Part shown: positions 44,949 through 54,597 of the stretch, piece by piece
Numbering within the stretch: the first letter of the stretch is position 1
Layout: each line of letters begins with the position of its first letter
Assembly: GCA_963825995.1 (NCBI GenBank)
Contig: CAWGVH010000004.1
Location: 182,483 to 246,482 of the forward strand
Reading direction: 5' to 3'
DNA: 64,000 bases
Source: an uncultured Chloroflexia bacterium
Lineage (GTDB): Bacteria; Chloroflexota; Limnocylindria; Limnocylindrales; CSP1-4
The notes under the pieces: generated by a model
Told to the model about the DNA's origin: nothing
The model's input: only the letters and a program-made list of their open reading frames with translations
Database searches by the model: none
Program-made: the position numbers and the translations under genes

Positions 44949-45853
44949 ACGCCTCCGCACGATCGGAGGCCTCGACCGCCCCTGCCCCGTGGCGCGAGGA
45001 AGCCGCTCGCCTGGCGGAACGCATCAGCCTCGTGGGCCACGGTTTCCCGGTCAAGCGGGACGTCGCCGCGTTCACGGACGAGCTCATCGGTGTCCTCTTC
45101 CCACAACTCTCCAGCGAGCCGCCCTTGAGCGCACGCGACGCGGCGACGCGCCTGCTGCGCGCCAGGGACGAGCTCGGCCGCATCGCCTGGCCGATCCTCG
45201 CGGGCACCGAGACGCCGGGCCCCTCTGCGATGGTCGTCGAGGCGGACGTCGAGTGCGTCATGGACGGTTTCGTGGCCGCCTTGCCGGACGTGCACGAGCG
45301 CAGCCTGGAGGATGCCGCGGCCATCCTGGGCGGTGATCCTGCTGCCGAGTCGCTCGACGAAGTCATCGCCGCTTATCCGGGCTTCCTGGCCATCGCCACG
45401 CACCGCATCGCCCATGCCATCCACGCTCTCGGCGTGCCGCTCGTGCCGCGCCTCATGGCCGAAGTCGCCCATTCCCGGTCGGGCATCGACATCCATCCCG
45501 GAGCCACCATCGGCCGACGCTTCTGCATCGACCACGGGACCGGCGTGGTGGTCGGCGAGACGGCCGTCATCGGTGACGACGTGAAGCTCTACCAGGGCGT
45601 CACGCTGGGCGCGCTGTCGGTCGCCAAGACGTTCGCGGGCACCAAGCGCCATCCCACCATCGGCGACAGGGTCGTCATCTATGCCAACGCCACCGTGCTG
45701 GGTGGTGACACCGTCATCGGCGCCGACAGCGTCATCGGCGGCAACGTCTTCCTGACCACGAGCGTGGCGCCCGGCTCGCTGGTCTACCAGACCAGCAGCC
45801 ATCGGGTCCGTCGCCAGAAGGACGATTTTGACGGCGCCGACTTCGTGATCTAG
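44945..45853 (+). CDS. cysE: serine O-acetyltransferase (long form)
   Basis: Left-handed beta-helix hexapeptide block DIHPGATIGRRFCIDHGTGVVVGETAVIGDDVKLYQGVTLG..RHPTIGDRVVIYANATVLG. Confidence 0.85.
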   Translation: MNASARSEASTAPAPWREEAARLAERISLVGHGFPVKRDVAAFTDELIGVLFPQLSSEPPLSARDAATRLLRARDELGRIAWPILAGTETPGPSAMVVEADVECVMDGFVAALPDVHERSLEDAAAILGGDPAAESLDEVIAAYPGFLAIATHRIAHAIHALGVPLVPRLMAEVAHSRSGIDIHPGATIGRRFCIDHGTGVVVGETAVIGDDVKLYQGVTLGALSVAKTFAGTKRHPTIGDRVVIYANATVLGGDTVIGADSVIGGNVFLTTSVAPGSLVYQTSSHRVRRQKDDFDGADFVI

Positions 45854-45898
45854 AGCACCCGGTCGTCCATCGGCCCCCACGACAGCTCAGGAGCCCCC

Positions 45899-46819
45899 AT
45901 GCCCTTCGATAGCATCCTCGAGACCATCGGCCGCACCCCGCATGTCCGCATCCGGCATCTCTATGACCCCGCCATCAGCGTCTGGTCCAAGCTCGAGCGC
46001 GCCAACCCTGGCGGCTCCATCAAGGACCGCATCGCCCTGTCGATGGTGGAGGACGCCGAGGCCCGCGGCGTGCTGGGACCGGATTCGGTCATCGTCGAAC
46101 CGACCTCCGGCAACACCGGCATCGGCCTCGCCATGGTGGCCGCCGTCAAGGGCTACCGCCTCATCCTGGTCATGCCCGAGTCGTTCTCCATCGAGCGACG
46201 CAAGCTCATGGCTGCCTACGGTGCGGAGTTCGACCTGACCCCGCGCGAGCTGGGCATGAAGGGCGCCATGGCTCGCGCCGCGGAGATCGCCGCGGAGACG
46301 CCGGGCGCCTGGATCGCCTCGCAGTTCGCCAACCCGGCCAACCCGGCCGTGCACCGTAGCACGACGGCCCAGGAGATCCTGGACGACTTCCCGGAGCAGC
46401 TCGACTTCCTCGTCACCGGTGTCGGCACCGGCGGCCACATCACCGGCTGCGCCGAGGTGCTCAAGGAGCGGTGGCCGACACTGAGGGTCTACGCCGTCGA
46501 GCCGACGCTCTCGCCAGTGCTCTCCGGCGGCACCCACAGCCCGCACCCCATCCAGGGCATCGGCGCCGGCTTCATCCCGGACGTCATGCGGCCGGAGCTG
46601 CTGGATGGCATCGTGCAGGTGGCGCCGGATGATGCCATGGCCTATGCGCGCCGCTCAGCACGGGAGGAAGGCGTCCTTATCGGCGTCTCATCGGGCGCCT
46701 CGCTGGCGGCCGTGGCCCAGCTGCGCCCCCAGATCCCCGATGGCTCGCGGGTGCTGACCTTCGACTACGACAGCGGCGAGCGCTACCTCTCGGTCGACGC
46801 CCTCTGGGGCGCCGCCTGA
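45899..46819 (+). CDS. cysK: cysteine synthase A (O-acetylserine sulfhydrylase)
   Basis: [16 protein letters not shown] (PLP lysine), [26 protein letters not shown]. Confidence 0.9.
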   Translation: MPFDSILETIGRTPHVRIRHLYDPAISVWSKLERANPGGSIKDRIALSMVEDAEARGVLGPDSVIVEPTSGNTGIGLAMVAAVKGYRLILVMPESFSIERRKLMAAYGAEFDLTPRELGMKGAMARAAEIAAETPGAWIASQFANPANPAVHRSTTAQEILDDFPEQLDFLVTGVGTGGHITGCAEVLKERWPTLRVYAVEPTLSPVLSGGTHSPHPIQGIGAGFIPDVMRPELLDGIVQVAPDDAMAYARRSAREEGVLIGVSSGASLAAVAQLRPQIPDGSRVLTFDYDSGERYLSVDALWGAA

Positions 46820-46858
46820 GCGACGCCGTCCCGGAACCTGAACGGCGCCGGTTACCCT

Positions 46859-47866
46859 GTGTCGGAGATGGAAAGCAGCGCCGCTGAGACAGCCCACCCC
46901 CGGCCTGAACGGTCGGTCGGTGGATGGGGCAGCCTGGTCATCATCAACCCAAACGCCTCTCAGGTGCGCGACGCGGCGACACGGTCGGCCGTCATCGCCG
47001 ATGTCGAGCGAGCGCTGGCCCGCCGGGATGGCGTCACTCCACGCATCGTGGTCACGAACGCCGAGGCTGACACACGCCCCGCGGTGGAGGCTGCCCTCGC
47101 CCAGGGGGTCGCGTCCGTGGTCGGCGTGGGAGGCGACGGCACGCTGCGGGACATCGCCGAGTTGCTGCTCCGTTCGGGCGTACCACTGGGCATCGTCGCA
47201 GCCGGGACCGGCAACCAGCTGGCGGCGGTGCTGGGCCTGCCGCTGGCGGCCCGGTCGGCTGCCGCCGTCCTGGTGGAGGCGCAGCCACGGACCATCGACC
47301 TGGGCGAGGTCACGCTCCGTCTCGTGGATGCCCCTGAACGGCAGGGCGTCTTCACCATCGGCTGCGGCGCCGGCTTCGATGCTCGCCTCATGGCCACGAC
47401 GCCAAGTGACTGGAAGCAGCGCATCGGCAAGGCCGCCTACTTCGTCCAGGCCATCAAGCTGGCAGCGACCATCGGAGTCGTGCCCTACCGCTTCACGGTC
47501 GATGGCGAGGTCTTCGAGACCGACGCCTCCGTCGCCATGGTGGGCAACATGGGCCAGCTCGTGCCGGGGGTCCTGGATCTGCGCATGCCGCTCCAGCCTG
47601 ACGATGGCCTGCTAGACCTCATCGTCGTCGGCGCACGTGGGCCCATCCACGGCATGAAGGGCCTCGTGGACCAGCTGCGGCGCACCTCGCTGGGTGGCGG
47701 AGCCGGCTCGGACAGCCTGCGGATCCGCGGGCGCCAGATCGTCGTCGAGGCGGATCGCCCCGAGCCCCTGCAGGTGGATGGTGACTACGTCGGCGAGGGC
47801 AGCCTGGCAGCCAAGGTGTTGCCGGACGGTCTCCGGGTGCTGGTGCCGACCCTCGCGCCGGTCTAG
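46859..47866 (+). CDS. diacylglycerol-kinase-family lipid kinase (YegS/BmrU-like)
   Basis: VIINPNAS..., VVGVGGDGTLRD, GIVAAGTGNQLA motifs. Alternative ATG at 46868. Confidence 0.8.
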   Translation: MSEMESSAAETAHPRPERSVGGWGSLVIINPNASQVRDAATRSAVIADVERALARRDGVTPRIVVTNAEADTRPAVEAALAQGVASVVGVGGDGTLRDIAELLLRSGVPLGIVAAGTGNQLAAVLGLPLAARSAAAVLVEAQPRTIDLGEVTLRLVDAPERQGVFTIGCGAGFDARLMATTPSDWKQRIGKAAYFVQAIKLAATIGVVPYRFTVDGEVFETDASVAMVGNMGQLVPGVLDLRMPLQPDDGLLDLIVVGARGPIHGMKGLVDQLRRTSLGGGAGSDSLRIRGRQIVVEADRPEPLQVDGDYVGEGSLAAKVLPDGLRVLVPTLAPV

Positions 47867-49680
47867 CGCCCCGACACCTCGCGGACGTTGTCGGCCACCA
47901 CGAGGAGCGCCAGGCCGGCCACGGCGGCCAGGATGAGCTCGAGCCGGAAGTCGAAGACGAGGATGACCGCAGCGACGATGGCCAGCACCAGCACGAGGCG
48001 CAGCAGCAGCAGGGTCAGGCGGCGGCGCAGGGCTGACTCGATGAGGATGTAGCCCACGACGCCCACCATGAGCGCGCCCCACCAGGGCACCAGGTGGAAG
48101 AAGACGAGCCCGGCGACGAGCAGGAGCAGGACCCCCACGCTGATGGCCGACCAGACCTCGACGATGACGTTGTAACGGGTCTCCTCTGGCGGTACCGGGC
48201 GGTGCGGATGCTGGAGATGGCGCTGTGGATCACCCAGCTCGCCGGCCACGATGGCGGCCCGTTCGCGGCGCAGCGATGCCACGGTGTCCCGGATGGCCGC
48301 CTGCCTCGCCTTGAACCGGGCCAGCTCCCTCTCACCGGCCGCCAGCTCCAGGGCCCGAGCCTCGAGCAACGCCGCGGTGGAACCCGACTCCGACAGGGCC
48401 TGCACCTCCAACGTCAGCCCGGGCAGCTCGGAGGTGAGGCGGTCCACGTCGGCCGCGACCGCCGAGGCTTCCGCCTCCAGGGCAACGATGCGCTCGCCGA
48501 TCTCCTCGGGCTGTCGGGAGGGCGGAGCCATCTTGCCCAGGCCGGCGAAGCCGAGCGGATCGTTCCAGGACTGGCGCACCGTGCCGGAGCGGTTGTACTT
48601 GGGCCCGGCCGGTGCGCGCTCGCCGGCGAACCGGTCATACGTGTCGAGGCCGAACAGCCCGCGGTAGCCATCGACCCAGTCGGTCGCGTCATCGATGGGC
48701 ACCGCCGACCAGCCCTCCGCCTGGTCCGGCCCGATGGCCTTGCCGTCGCCGCGTGCGTAGTCGACGAAGGGCACGGAGAGGGCGCTCGAGAGCTTCGCTC
48801 GCAGGTCACCCGGGTCGGGCTGCCGCAGCGTGTCGCGCCAGAACTCGCGCAGCACGTCGAGGAAGCTGCCCAGTCCCCGGAGCGCCGGGATGGGCACCTG
48901 CGTGAGGTACTCGCCGCGCTCGAAGTACGAGGCGTGCGAGCCGGCTCCGGCGTTGATGACGACGTGGTCGCCGATCTTCGCGAGCGTCGGGTCGTCCCAG
49001 CGTCGGCGCAGTTCGTCGCCGCTGTAGTCGTGCGCGGCGGCCGCGATCCAGACCGGCACCGGTCCCTCCGGTGTCTCCTCGAGGTAGATGAAGACCTGCT
49101 CCCAGTCGGCCTCGTGGTCGTTGACGCCGTTGAACGTGGAGCGGTAGTCGTTCATGAAGTAGAAGTAGAGGTAGTGCAGGCACGTCCAGCCGTTCTCTCG
49201 GACGACGCGGCCGTGGTAGACGTAGCGAGGATCGGACTCGCGTGCACCGGCGTACTTGATCTGCGCTGCTGCGGCCGTGCCGCCGGGCACCGAGCCGCGC
49301 AGCAGAAGCGAAGCCGTGAAGCCGGCGTCCAGGAGCCGAGCGAAGAGCCCGACGCGGGCCAGGCGCCCAGGCGCACTGAAGGTGACCCTGTCCGGCCGGC
49401 TGCGCCAGCGACGCAGCTCGAGGCCGTTGAGCGGCTTCTGGACGAGCCGCAGGTAGAGGCTCTCGCCGGGCGGCGCGATGAAGGTGGCCAGCGATGCTGG
49501 CGTCAGCTCGCCCTGCGGGACGAGGACGCGCCGCTCACGCTCCGAGGGGCCCACGAGCAGGTCACACTCGGCCAGGTAATGCTCCACGCCGGTGGGGAAG
49601 AAGAGCTCACCATTCGTGTAGCGAACGACAGGCTCGAAGGCCCGCAGCAGGTCGACATCGGAGAACGGCTCGGCCATCAC
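47863..49680 (-). CDS. large hypothetical protein: Vps62/DUF946-like N-terminal region, coiled-coil, C-terminal TM bundle
   Basis: 605 aa. The YLYFYFMNDY...NDHEADWEQVFIYL block resembles the Vps62-type HxxDWE motif. Ala/Glu/Leu-rich coiled-coil around residues 440-500. About 4 hydrophobic helices at the C-terminus. Stop codons overlap with the convergent lipid kinase gene (CTAG). Confidence 0.65.
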   Translation of the reverse strand: MMAEPFSDVDLLRAFEPVVRYTNGELFFPTGVEHYLAECDLLVGPSERERRVLVPQGELTPASLATFIAPPGESLYLRLVQKPLNGLELRRWRSRPDRVTFSAPGRLARVGLFARLLDAGFTASLLLRGSVPGGTAAAAQIKYAGARESDPRYVYHGRVVRENGWTCLHYLYFYFMNDYRSTFNGVNDHEADWEQVFIYLEETPEGPVPVWIAAAAHDYSGDELRRRWDDPTLAKIGDHVVINAGAGSHASYFERGEYLTQVPIPALRGLGSFLDVLREFWRDTLRQPDPGDLRAKLSSALSVPFVDYARGDGKAIGPDQAEGWSAVPIDDATDWVDGYRGLFGLDTYDRFAGERAPAGPKYNRSGTVRQSWNDPLGFAGLGKMAPPSRQPEEIGERIVALEAEASAVAADVDRLTSELPGLTLEVQALSESGSTAALLEARALELAAGERELARFKARQAAIRDTVASLRRERAAIVAGELGDPQRHLQHPHRPVPPEETRYNVIVEVWSAISVGVLLLLVAGLVFFHLVPWWGALMVGVVGYILIESALRRRLTLLLLRLVLVLAIVAAVILVFDFRLELILAAVAGLALLVVADNVREVSGR

Positions 49681-50159
49681 GAACGCGTCCCGGCGTCGTC
49701 GCTCTCATCTGGGTTCTGGTCATGGGACCGCAGCGCACCAGGCAGACCTGGGTCGACCGAGGCCAGTCCTGGTCGACCCTCGAAGTAGTCGCGGACGATG
49801 CCCTGGTTCAGGTAGAAGGCGATGACGATGTCGATGGCCAGTCGAGCATACGGAGGGTCTCCGAGAGCGTAGAGGTACAGGGAGAAGAGCAGGCCGGTGC
49901 CCACCAGGAGCATCGTGAGCGGCCACGCTCGTCGCCAACCCAGCCAGAGACCGACGGCAGCGATCAGGCGCAGGACAGCCACCGCGAAGACGACGGCCGG
50001 CATCGCCTCGTTGATCTCGAGCAGGGTGTTGGTTCGCGTCATGAGCGGGGAGTCCGCGATGAGCGTGGCGAATGCCACGACGGCATCGAGCACCAGGAAG
50101 ACAGCGATGACCGCGACACCCAGGGGTCGCTGGCGGCGTCTTCTCGGCATCCTGACCAT
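49677..50159 (-). CDS. small polytopic membrane protein
   Basis: 160 aa, ~4 TM segments after an Arg-rich N-terminus. 4-nt overlap with the downstream 605-aa gene. Confidence 0.6.
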   Translation of the reverse strand: MVRMPRRRRQRPLGVAVIAVFLVLDAVVAFATLIADSPLMTRTNTLLEINEAMPAVVFAVAVLRLIAAVGLWLGWRRAWPLTMLLVGTGLLFSLYLYALGDPPYARLAIDIVIAFYLNQGIVRDYFEGRPGLASVDPGLPGALRSHDQNPDESDDAGTRS

Positions 50160-50178
50160 GTCGGCTGAGCCTAGTGCA

Positions 50179-50895
50179 TCACTGGACCGCCTCGTCGGCC
50201 GGATCGATCGGGCGGCCCACCGAGCGGCGCGCGTCCCAGGCCACCCGGAGGAAGTTGGTGACGTGGGCGAGCGGACGGATGTGGCTGCCCTGATCCGCGT
50301 AGATGGTGGGGATGGGCACCCAGTCGATGGCCAGGCCCGCCCGGATGGCCAGCGTGATCATCTCGACCTCGAACTCGAAGCCGGCCTCCTGGCTCTCGAG
50401 GAGCCGTGGCAGGAGCGGGCAGGCGATGAGGCGGTAGCCCGACTGGTTGTCAGGGATGCGGCGGCCCACGGCCCAGGAGAACGTCCACGTGCCCAGGTTG
50501 TTGGCCAGGCGCCGGCTCAGGGGCATCTGGCTGAAGTCCCGCTGCCCGATGATGAGCGGCGCTTGGCGGCGGCGCCAGGCTTCCAGGAAGGCCGGGATGC
50601 GGGTCGGGTCGTGCTGACCGTCGGCATCGAGCGTGACCACCGCCGTCGAGCCGGCCTCCAACGCTCGCTGGAAGCCGGCGCGCAGCGCGGCACCCTTGCC
50701 CTGGTTGGGCAGCTGGCGCAGGACGTCCGCGCCGGCCGCCTCGGCCACGGCTGCCGTCTCGTCCGTCGAACCATCGTCGACGACGAGCACCGGCAGGTGG
50801 CGGGCGGTCGCCTCCACCACCGCGGTGAGCGTCCGAGCCGCCTGGAAGGCGGGGATGACGGCGACGATGTCGTGCGTGGAGCCAGACACGAGCAC
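50179..50895 (-). CDS. glycosyltransferase family 2 (polyprenyl-phosphate glycosyltransferase-like)
   Basis: VAVIPAF...VLVVDDGSTDET...TLDADGQHDP...NQSGYRL motifs. GTG start 3 nt after the upstream stop. Confidence 0.8.
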   Translation of the reverse strand: MLVSGSTHDIVAVIPAFQAARTLTAVVEATARHLPVLVVDDGSTDETAAVAEAAGADVLRQLPNQGKGAALRAGFQRALEAGSTAVVTLDADGQHDPTRIPAFLEAWRRRQAPLIIGQRDFSQMPLSRRLANNLGTWTFSWAVGRRIPDNQSGYRLIACPLLPRLLESQEAGFEFEVEMITLAIRAGLAIDWVPIPTIYADQGSHIRPLAHVTNFLRVAWDARRSVGRPIDPADEAVQ

Positions 50896-50898
50896 AGC

Positions 50899-52221
50899 CT
50901 ACGTGGCCGCAGCACCCGCCGCGGGCAATGCGGCGAAGCCGCCGACCCGCCAGCGGTCCAGCCAGTCGTCGCCCTCGTCGACGGCCGTGATGACCGCCGC
51001 CGCCTCGGCGGCATCCACCTCGTCCTGCCAGCAGTCCCAGAGCAGCGCGGCGGTCTCCCGCCCTGCGGCGTCCCTGCGGGTGGCGTCCAGCTCTCGACGC
51101 AGGATCTCCAAGCCAGCGGCCACGCCCATGGCGTAGCGCGGCGTCGGTACGCCCTCGGCCAGCCCGAGCCGGATGAGGCCCACGAGCCGGTCATCCCAGC
51201 CAAGCTTGCGACGTGGGTCGCGAGATGCCCGCTCGATGGTGTCGGCGAGGTGCGGGTTGACCATGCGGGCAAGGAGGTCGTCGGCGAAGGCCGCGTAGCC
51301 GTCGGCTGTGAAGAGCGGGTCGCTCCCGGTGAACCGCGCCTGGAGCGTCCGCCCCGACTCCTCCAGGAACGCCGCGCGCAGGAAGGCCATCGCGCCCGGT
51401 ACCTGCTCGAGGTCCGCCACCCGGTCCAGGTCCAGCAGCGTGCCGAGAAAGCCGGCCAGGGCATGGGTGGCGTTGTGTCCCAGCAGCTTGGCGGCCTCGA
51501 AGGGGGCCAGGTCATCCACCTCGCGCAGCACAGGGATGAACGGGTGGAGTGCCCCGCGACCGCCACCCGGATCGACGCGTGAGACGAGGATGCGGTCGAA
51601 GGCCTCGACGAGGAAGGCCTGCGGGAGTCTCGGCGTGATCGTCGTCAGGCCCAGCGCCGCGATCTCGGCGGGGTCATCGATGACTCCGCTCATCTTGCCG
51701 ATGACCGTGTCCACGAAGCACGCACGAGCGATGACGGTGACGCGCTCGGCCGGGTCCAGCACCTCGAGCACGGTCTCCTTGAGTCGGGCCGCCGCCTCGC
51801 GGTGGTTCTCAGCACAGAACACGATGAGGGGGTGCTCAGCGGTACGGCGGCGCAACGCGTCGGCGATGAGTCGGTGCGGGCTCCAGGGCGCGGCGGTGCG
51901 ATAGAGAGCGATGCTGGGCAGGGCCGTGGCCAGCTCGTCGGCGGCAGCGACAGCGCTGACGACGGCGGCCCGTTCCTCCTCCACGGTCGAGTCGGCGATG
52001 GACACCGGACCGATCGCGGCGACCTCGATGCCGTCAGCATGGGCGATGTTGACGACGAAGCGGCCGGCTCCGGCGCGCAGGCCGGCCACCAGGTCGGCCC
52101 GCACGTCCACGACGAGCGGCGGGGCATAGGCACCAGTCCGCTGCGCCTCATAGACGAAGAGGCCGGCCTGGATGGGCCCGAAGCCCAGGCCGACGAAGCG
52201 CCGCGGCCCGCTGAAGGTCAT
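50899..52221 (-). CDS. mannitol-1-phosphate/mannitol dehydrogenase-family oxidoreductase-like protein
   Basis: Trimmed to the ATG at 52221 (4 nt after the upstream stop). FVGLGFGPIQAGLF Rossmann-like start, CAENH, VDTVIGKM, AKLLGHNATHALAGFLG, laid out as in MtlD-type enzymes. Confidence 0.65.
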   Translation of the reverse strand: MTFSGPRRFVGLGFGPIQAGLFVYEAQRTGAYAPPLVVDVRADLVAGLRAGAGRFVVNIAHADGIEVAAIGPVSIADSTVEEERAAVVSAVAAADELATALPSIALYRTAAPWSPHRLIADALRRRTAEHPLIVFCAENHREAAARLKETVLEVLDPAERVTVIARACFVDTVIGKMSGVIDDPAEIAALGLTTITPRLPQAFLVEAFDRILVSRVDPGGGRGALHPFIPVLREVDDLAPFEAAKLLGHNATHALAGFLGTLLDLDRVADLEQVPGAMAFLRAAFLEESGRTLQARFTGSDPLFTADGYAAFADDLLARMVNPHLADTIERASRDPRRKLGWDDRLVGLIRLGLAEGVPTPRYAMGVAAGLEILRRELDATRRDAAGRETAALLWDCWQDEVDAAEAAAVITAVDEGDDWLDRWRVGGFAALPAAGAAAT

Positions 52222-52225
52222 GACC

Positions 52226-53503
52226 TCATCCGGCAGCGAGGTAGCGCCGCTCGTCCTCGCCATCCCAGCGTGGGACCGTGGCGATGGCCTGGCTGCGCCG
52301 ATGGGGGTACACCACGGCCTTGCCGGCTACCTCGTGCTGCCGAGCCATGCGCAGCAGCACGGGGGCATGCTCGAGATCGCCGATGTGTGCGATGTGGGCG
52401 CCCGCGTCGATCTGGGCCTCGGTCATGAGCCGCAGCGTCTCGAGGATGTCCCAGGGACCGCCACCTGACGAGCCCGTGATGTTGACCTCCTGGTAGTGCA
52501 CGAACCGCGCGTCGATGGCGACGTACTCGCTGCCGGGCGCCAGGCCCGCGAAGAGGTCCAGCACGCCGTAGCGCGCCAGGTAGTGCTGTGCGGCTTCGAC
52601 GACCTCGCGGTCGGCGGCGGTGACGATGATGTCGTCGGCGCCATGCCCCATGCTAAGGCGCTCCACGACGGCGGCCAGGTCGGCCTGTGACGTGTCGACG
52701 AGCTCCAGGTGGACGCCCAGCTGCCGGGCGCGCTCGCCGAATGTGCGGCGCAGCCAGTCGAGCCGGTCGTCGCGTCGGGCCGTGGCGATGATGACCCGCG
52801 GTCGGGCAGCGAGGGCGAGGTCGACGTGGATGCGACCCATGGGTCCGGCGCCGATGACGACCGTGATCCCGCCCGTCAGCAGGCCGCTGCTCGCGACGCG
52901 CGGCTGCGTGCGGTCGGGCTGGGTCAGGTGCACGTGATGGGCGTGCGAAGAGATGATGCAGGAGATGGGCTCGGCGATGGCGGCGTGCGCGGCCGGCACG
53001 TCGTCGTCCGGGAGCGGCAGGAGACAGCCGGCAGCCAGCACCTCCTCTCCGATGAGCATGTACTCGGCAAGGAGGCCCGGCAGCGTGTAGCCGACCGCGA
53101 TCTTGGCCACTCCGCGACCATGGTCGCGATAGCGCTCGCGGTGCTGGATGGGGGCGATGTCCACGGCCGGCTGGACCGCCATGCGCATGCCCGGCTCGAA
53201 CTGGCCGCGAAGGCCCGCACCCACCTCCACGAGGGTGACGACACCCTCGTCACCGACGATGACGGGGTGTACGGCCGGGTCCCAGCCGTGCATGAGCGGA
53301 TGCTCAGGGCCCTGATCGAGGAGCTTGTTGACCGACGTGCAGATGCCCGCCGCGTCCACCCGGCAGAGGAGCTGGCCGGGACCCGGTCGCGGCACCGGGA
53401 CCGCGCGCACGACCAAGTGGCCGACGCCCGTGCCATCCAGCACGGCTGCCCGCATCGTGTCCGGGATGGGCTGGCCGGCATCCCCGGGTGAGATCGTGGT
53501 CAT
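52226..53503 (-). CDS. Zn-dependent alcohol/polyol dehydrogenase family (MDR) protein, long form
   Basis: Trimmed to the ATG at 53503 (ATGA overlap with the pfkB stop). MRAAVL..., CRVDAAGICTSV, VIGAGPMG. Confidence 0.75.
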   Translation of the reverse strand: MTTISPGDAGQPIPDTMRAAVLDGTGVGHLVVRAVPVPRPGPGQLLCRVDAAGICTSVNKLLDQGPEHPLMHGWDPAVHPVIVGDEGVVTLVEVGAGLRGQFEPGMRMAVQPAVDIAPIQHRERYRDHGRGVAKIAVGYTLPGLLAEYMLIGEEVLAAGCLLPLPDDDVPAAHAAIAEPISCIISSHAHHVHLTQPDRTQPRVASSGLLTGGITVVIGAGPMGRIHVDLALAARPRVIIATARRDDRLDWLRRTFGERARQLGVHLELVDTSQADLAAVVERLSMGHGADDIIVTAADREVVEAAQHYLARYGVLDLFAGLAPGSEYVAIDARFVHYQEVNITGSSGGGPWDILETLRLMTEAQIDAGAHIAHIGDLEHAPVLLRMARQHEVAGKAVVYPHRRSQAIATVPRWDGEDERRYLAAG

Positions 53504-54501
53504 CGGTCGGGGGCCTCGGAGCCCCGCGCCGCCGGACTGGATGCCTCGGGGGCCCGTCCAACCGGAGCGGCCGACCCGAGGCCGGCCATGCGCCAAGGCA
53601 GCCCCTTGTCTTCGGGTCCCGCGAAGGTCCCGATGGTCGTCGTGGCCAGGGCTCCGATGGCCGCCCCGAGCTTCGCAGCGTCCTCCGCCCCCAGCCCATG
53701 GATGAGCCCCACGAGCACGCCGCCCGTGAAGGCGTCACCGGCGCCGGTCGTGTCGATGGTGTCCACGTGGAAGGCCGGGATGTGGCCCACGAAGTCATCG
53801 TGGTCCACCCACGCGCCCCGCGGACCGTCGGTCACGATGGCGAAGCGCACGCCGCGCTCCCGCAGCGCGGCCGCCGCAGCCGCCGGATCGCCGACCCCGG
53901 TGATCTCGGCCGCCTCGATGCGACTGGGGATGAAGAGGTCGAGATGCGGCAACGACGGCAGGACGCGCTGCCAGCGCGCCGTGGAGTCGTGCACCACGTC
54001 CAAGCTGGTGTGGATGCCCTGCGCCCGTGCCCGCCGGAAGAGCCCGGCCATCGGGGCGCCGTCCGGATCGTCCAGCCCGGGCAGCACGAGGGCACCGCCG
54101 ACGTGCAGGAAGGGACCCTCCATGCGCGCCTCGATGGCCTCGGCCGTGACCGACGCATCGGCCCCGATGTTGTGCAGCATCGTGCGCTCCCCCGCACGAT
54201 CGACGAGGACCATCGAGGTGGACGTGGGGTGCGGTGAGTCGATCCAGTCCACGCGCAAGTGCGGCGCCGGTACCGTCCGGCGGAACGACTGCCCGAAGAT
54301 GTCGTCACCGGCCGGGATGATGAGCCTCGACTCGACGCCCATGCCGGCCAACACCCGGCCCGTGCGCAGGGCCGGACCACCCTCCGCGGTCGAGAACGAG
54401 TCGACCAGGCCCAGCACACCGATGGGCAGGCTGTCCGCCGAGGTCTTGGCCAGGATGTCGAAGACCGCGCTGCCCGCGCACGTGACCTGGATCGTCGTCA
54501 T
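53500..54501 (-). CDS. PfkB-family carbohydrate kinase
   Basis: N-terminal GSAVFDIL...GGPALRTG and the C-terminal signature DTTGAGDAFTGGVLVGL. Confidence 0.85.
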   Translation of the reverse strand: MTTIQVTCAGSAVFDILAKTSADSLPIGVLGLVDSFSTAEGGPALRTGRVLAGMGVESRLIIPAGDDIFGQSFRRTVPAPHLRVDWIDSPHPTSTSMVLVDRAGERTMLHNIGADASVTAEAIEARMEGPFLHVGGALVLPGLDDPDGAPMAGLFRRARAQGIHTSLDVVHDSTARWQRVLPSLPHLDLFIPSRIEAAEITGVGDPAAAAAALRERGVRFAIVTDGPRGAWVDHDDFVGHIPAFHVDTIDTTGAGDAFTGGVLVGLIHGLGAEDAAKLGAAIGALATTTIGTFAGPEDKGLPWRMAGLGSAAPVGRAPEASSPAARGSEAPDR

Positions 54502-54597
54502 GCGCCCAATGGTAGTCAGGTCGCGAGGTCGCAGGTCGTGGTCGTGCCCGAGATCGGCATGAGCATCCCTGAGGCGCCTGCCCGCCTGTCGACCAGG

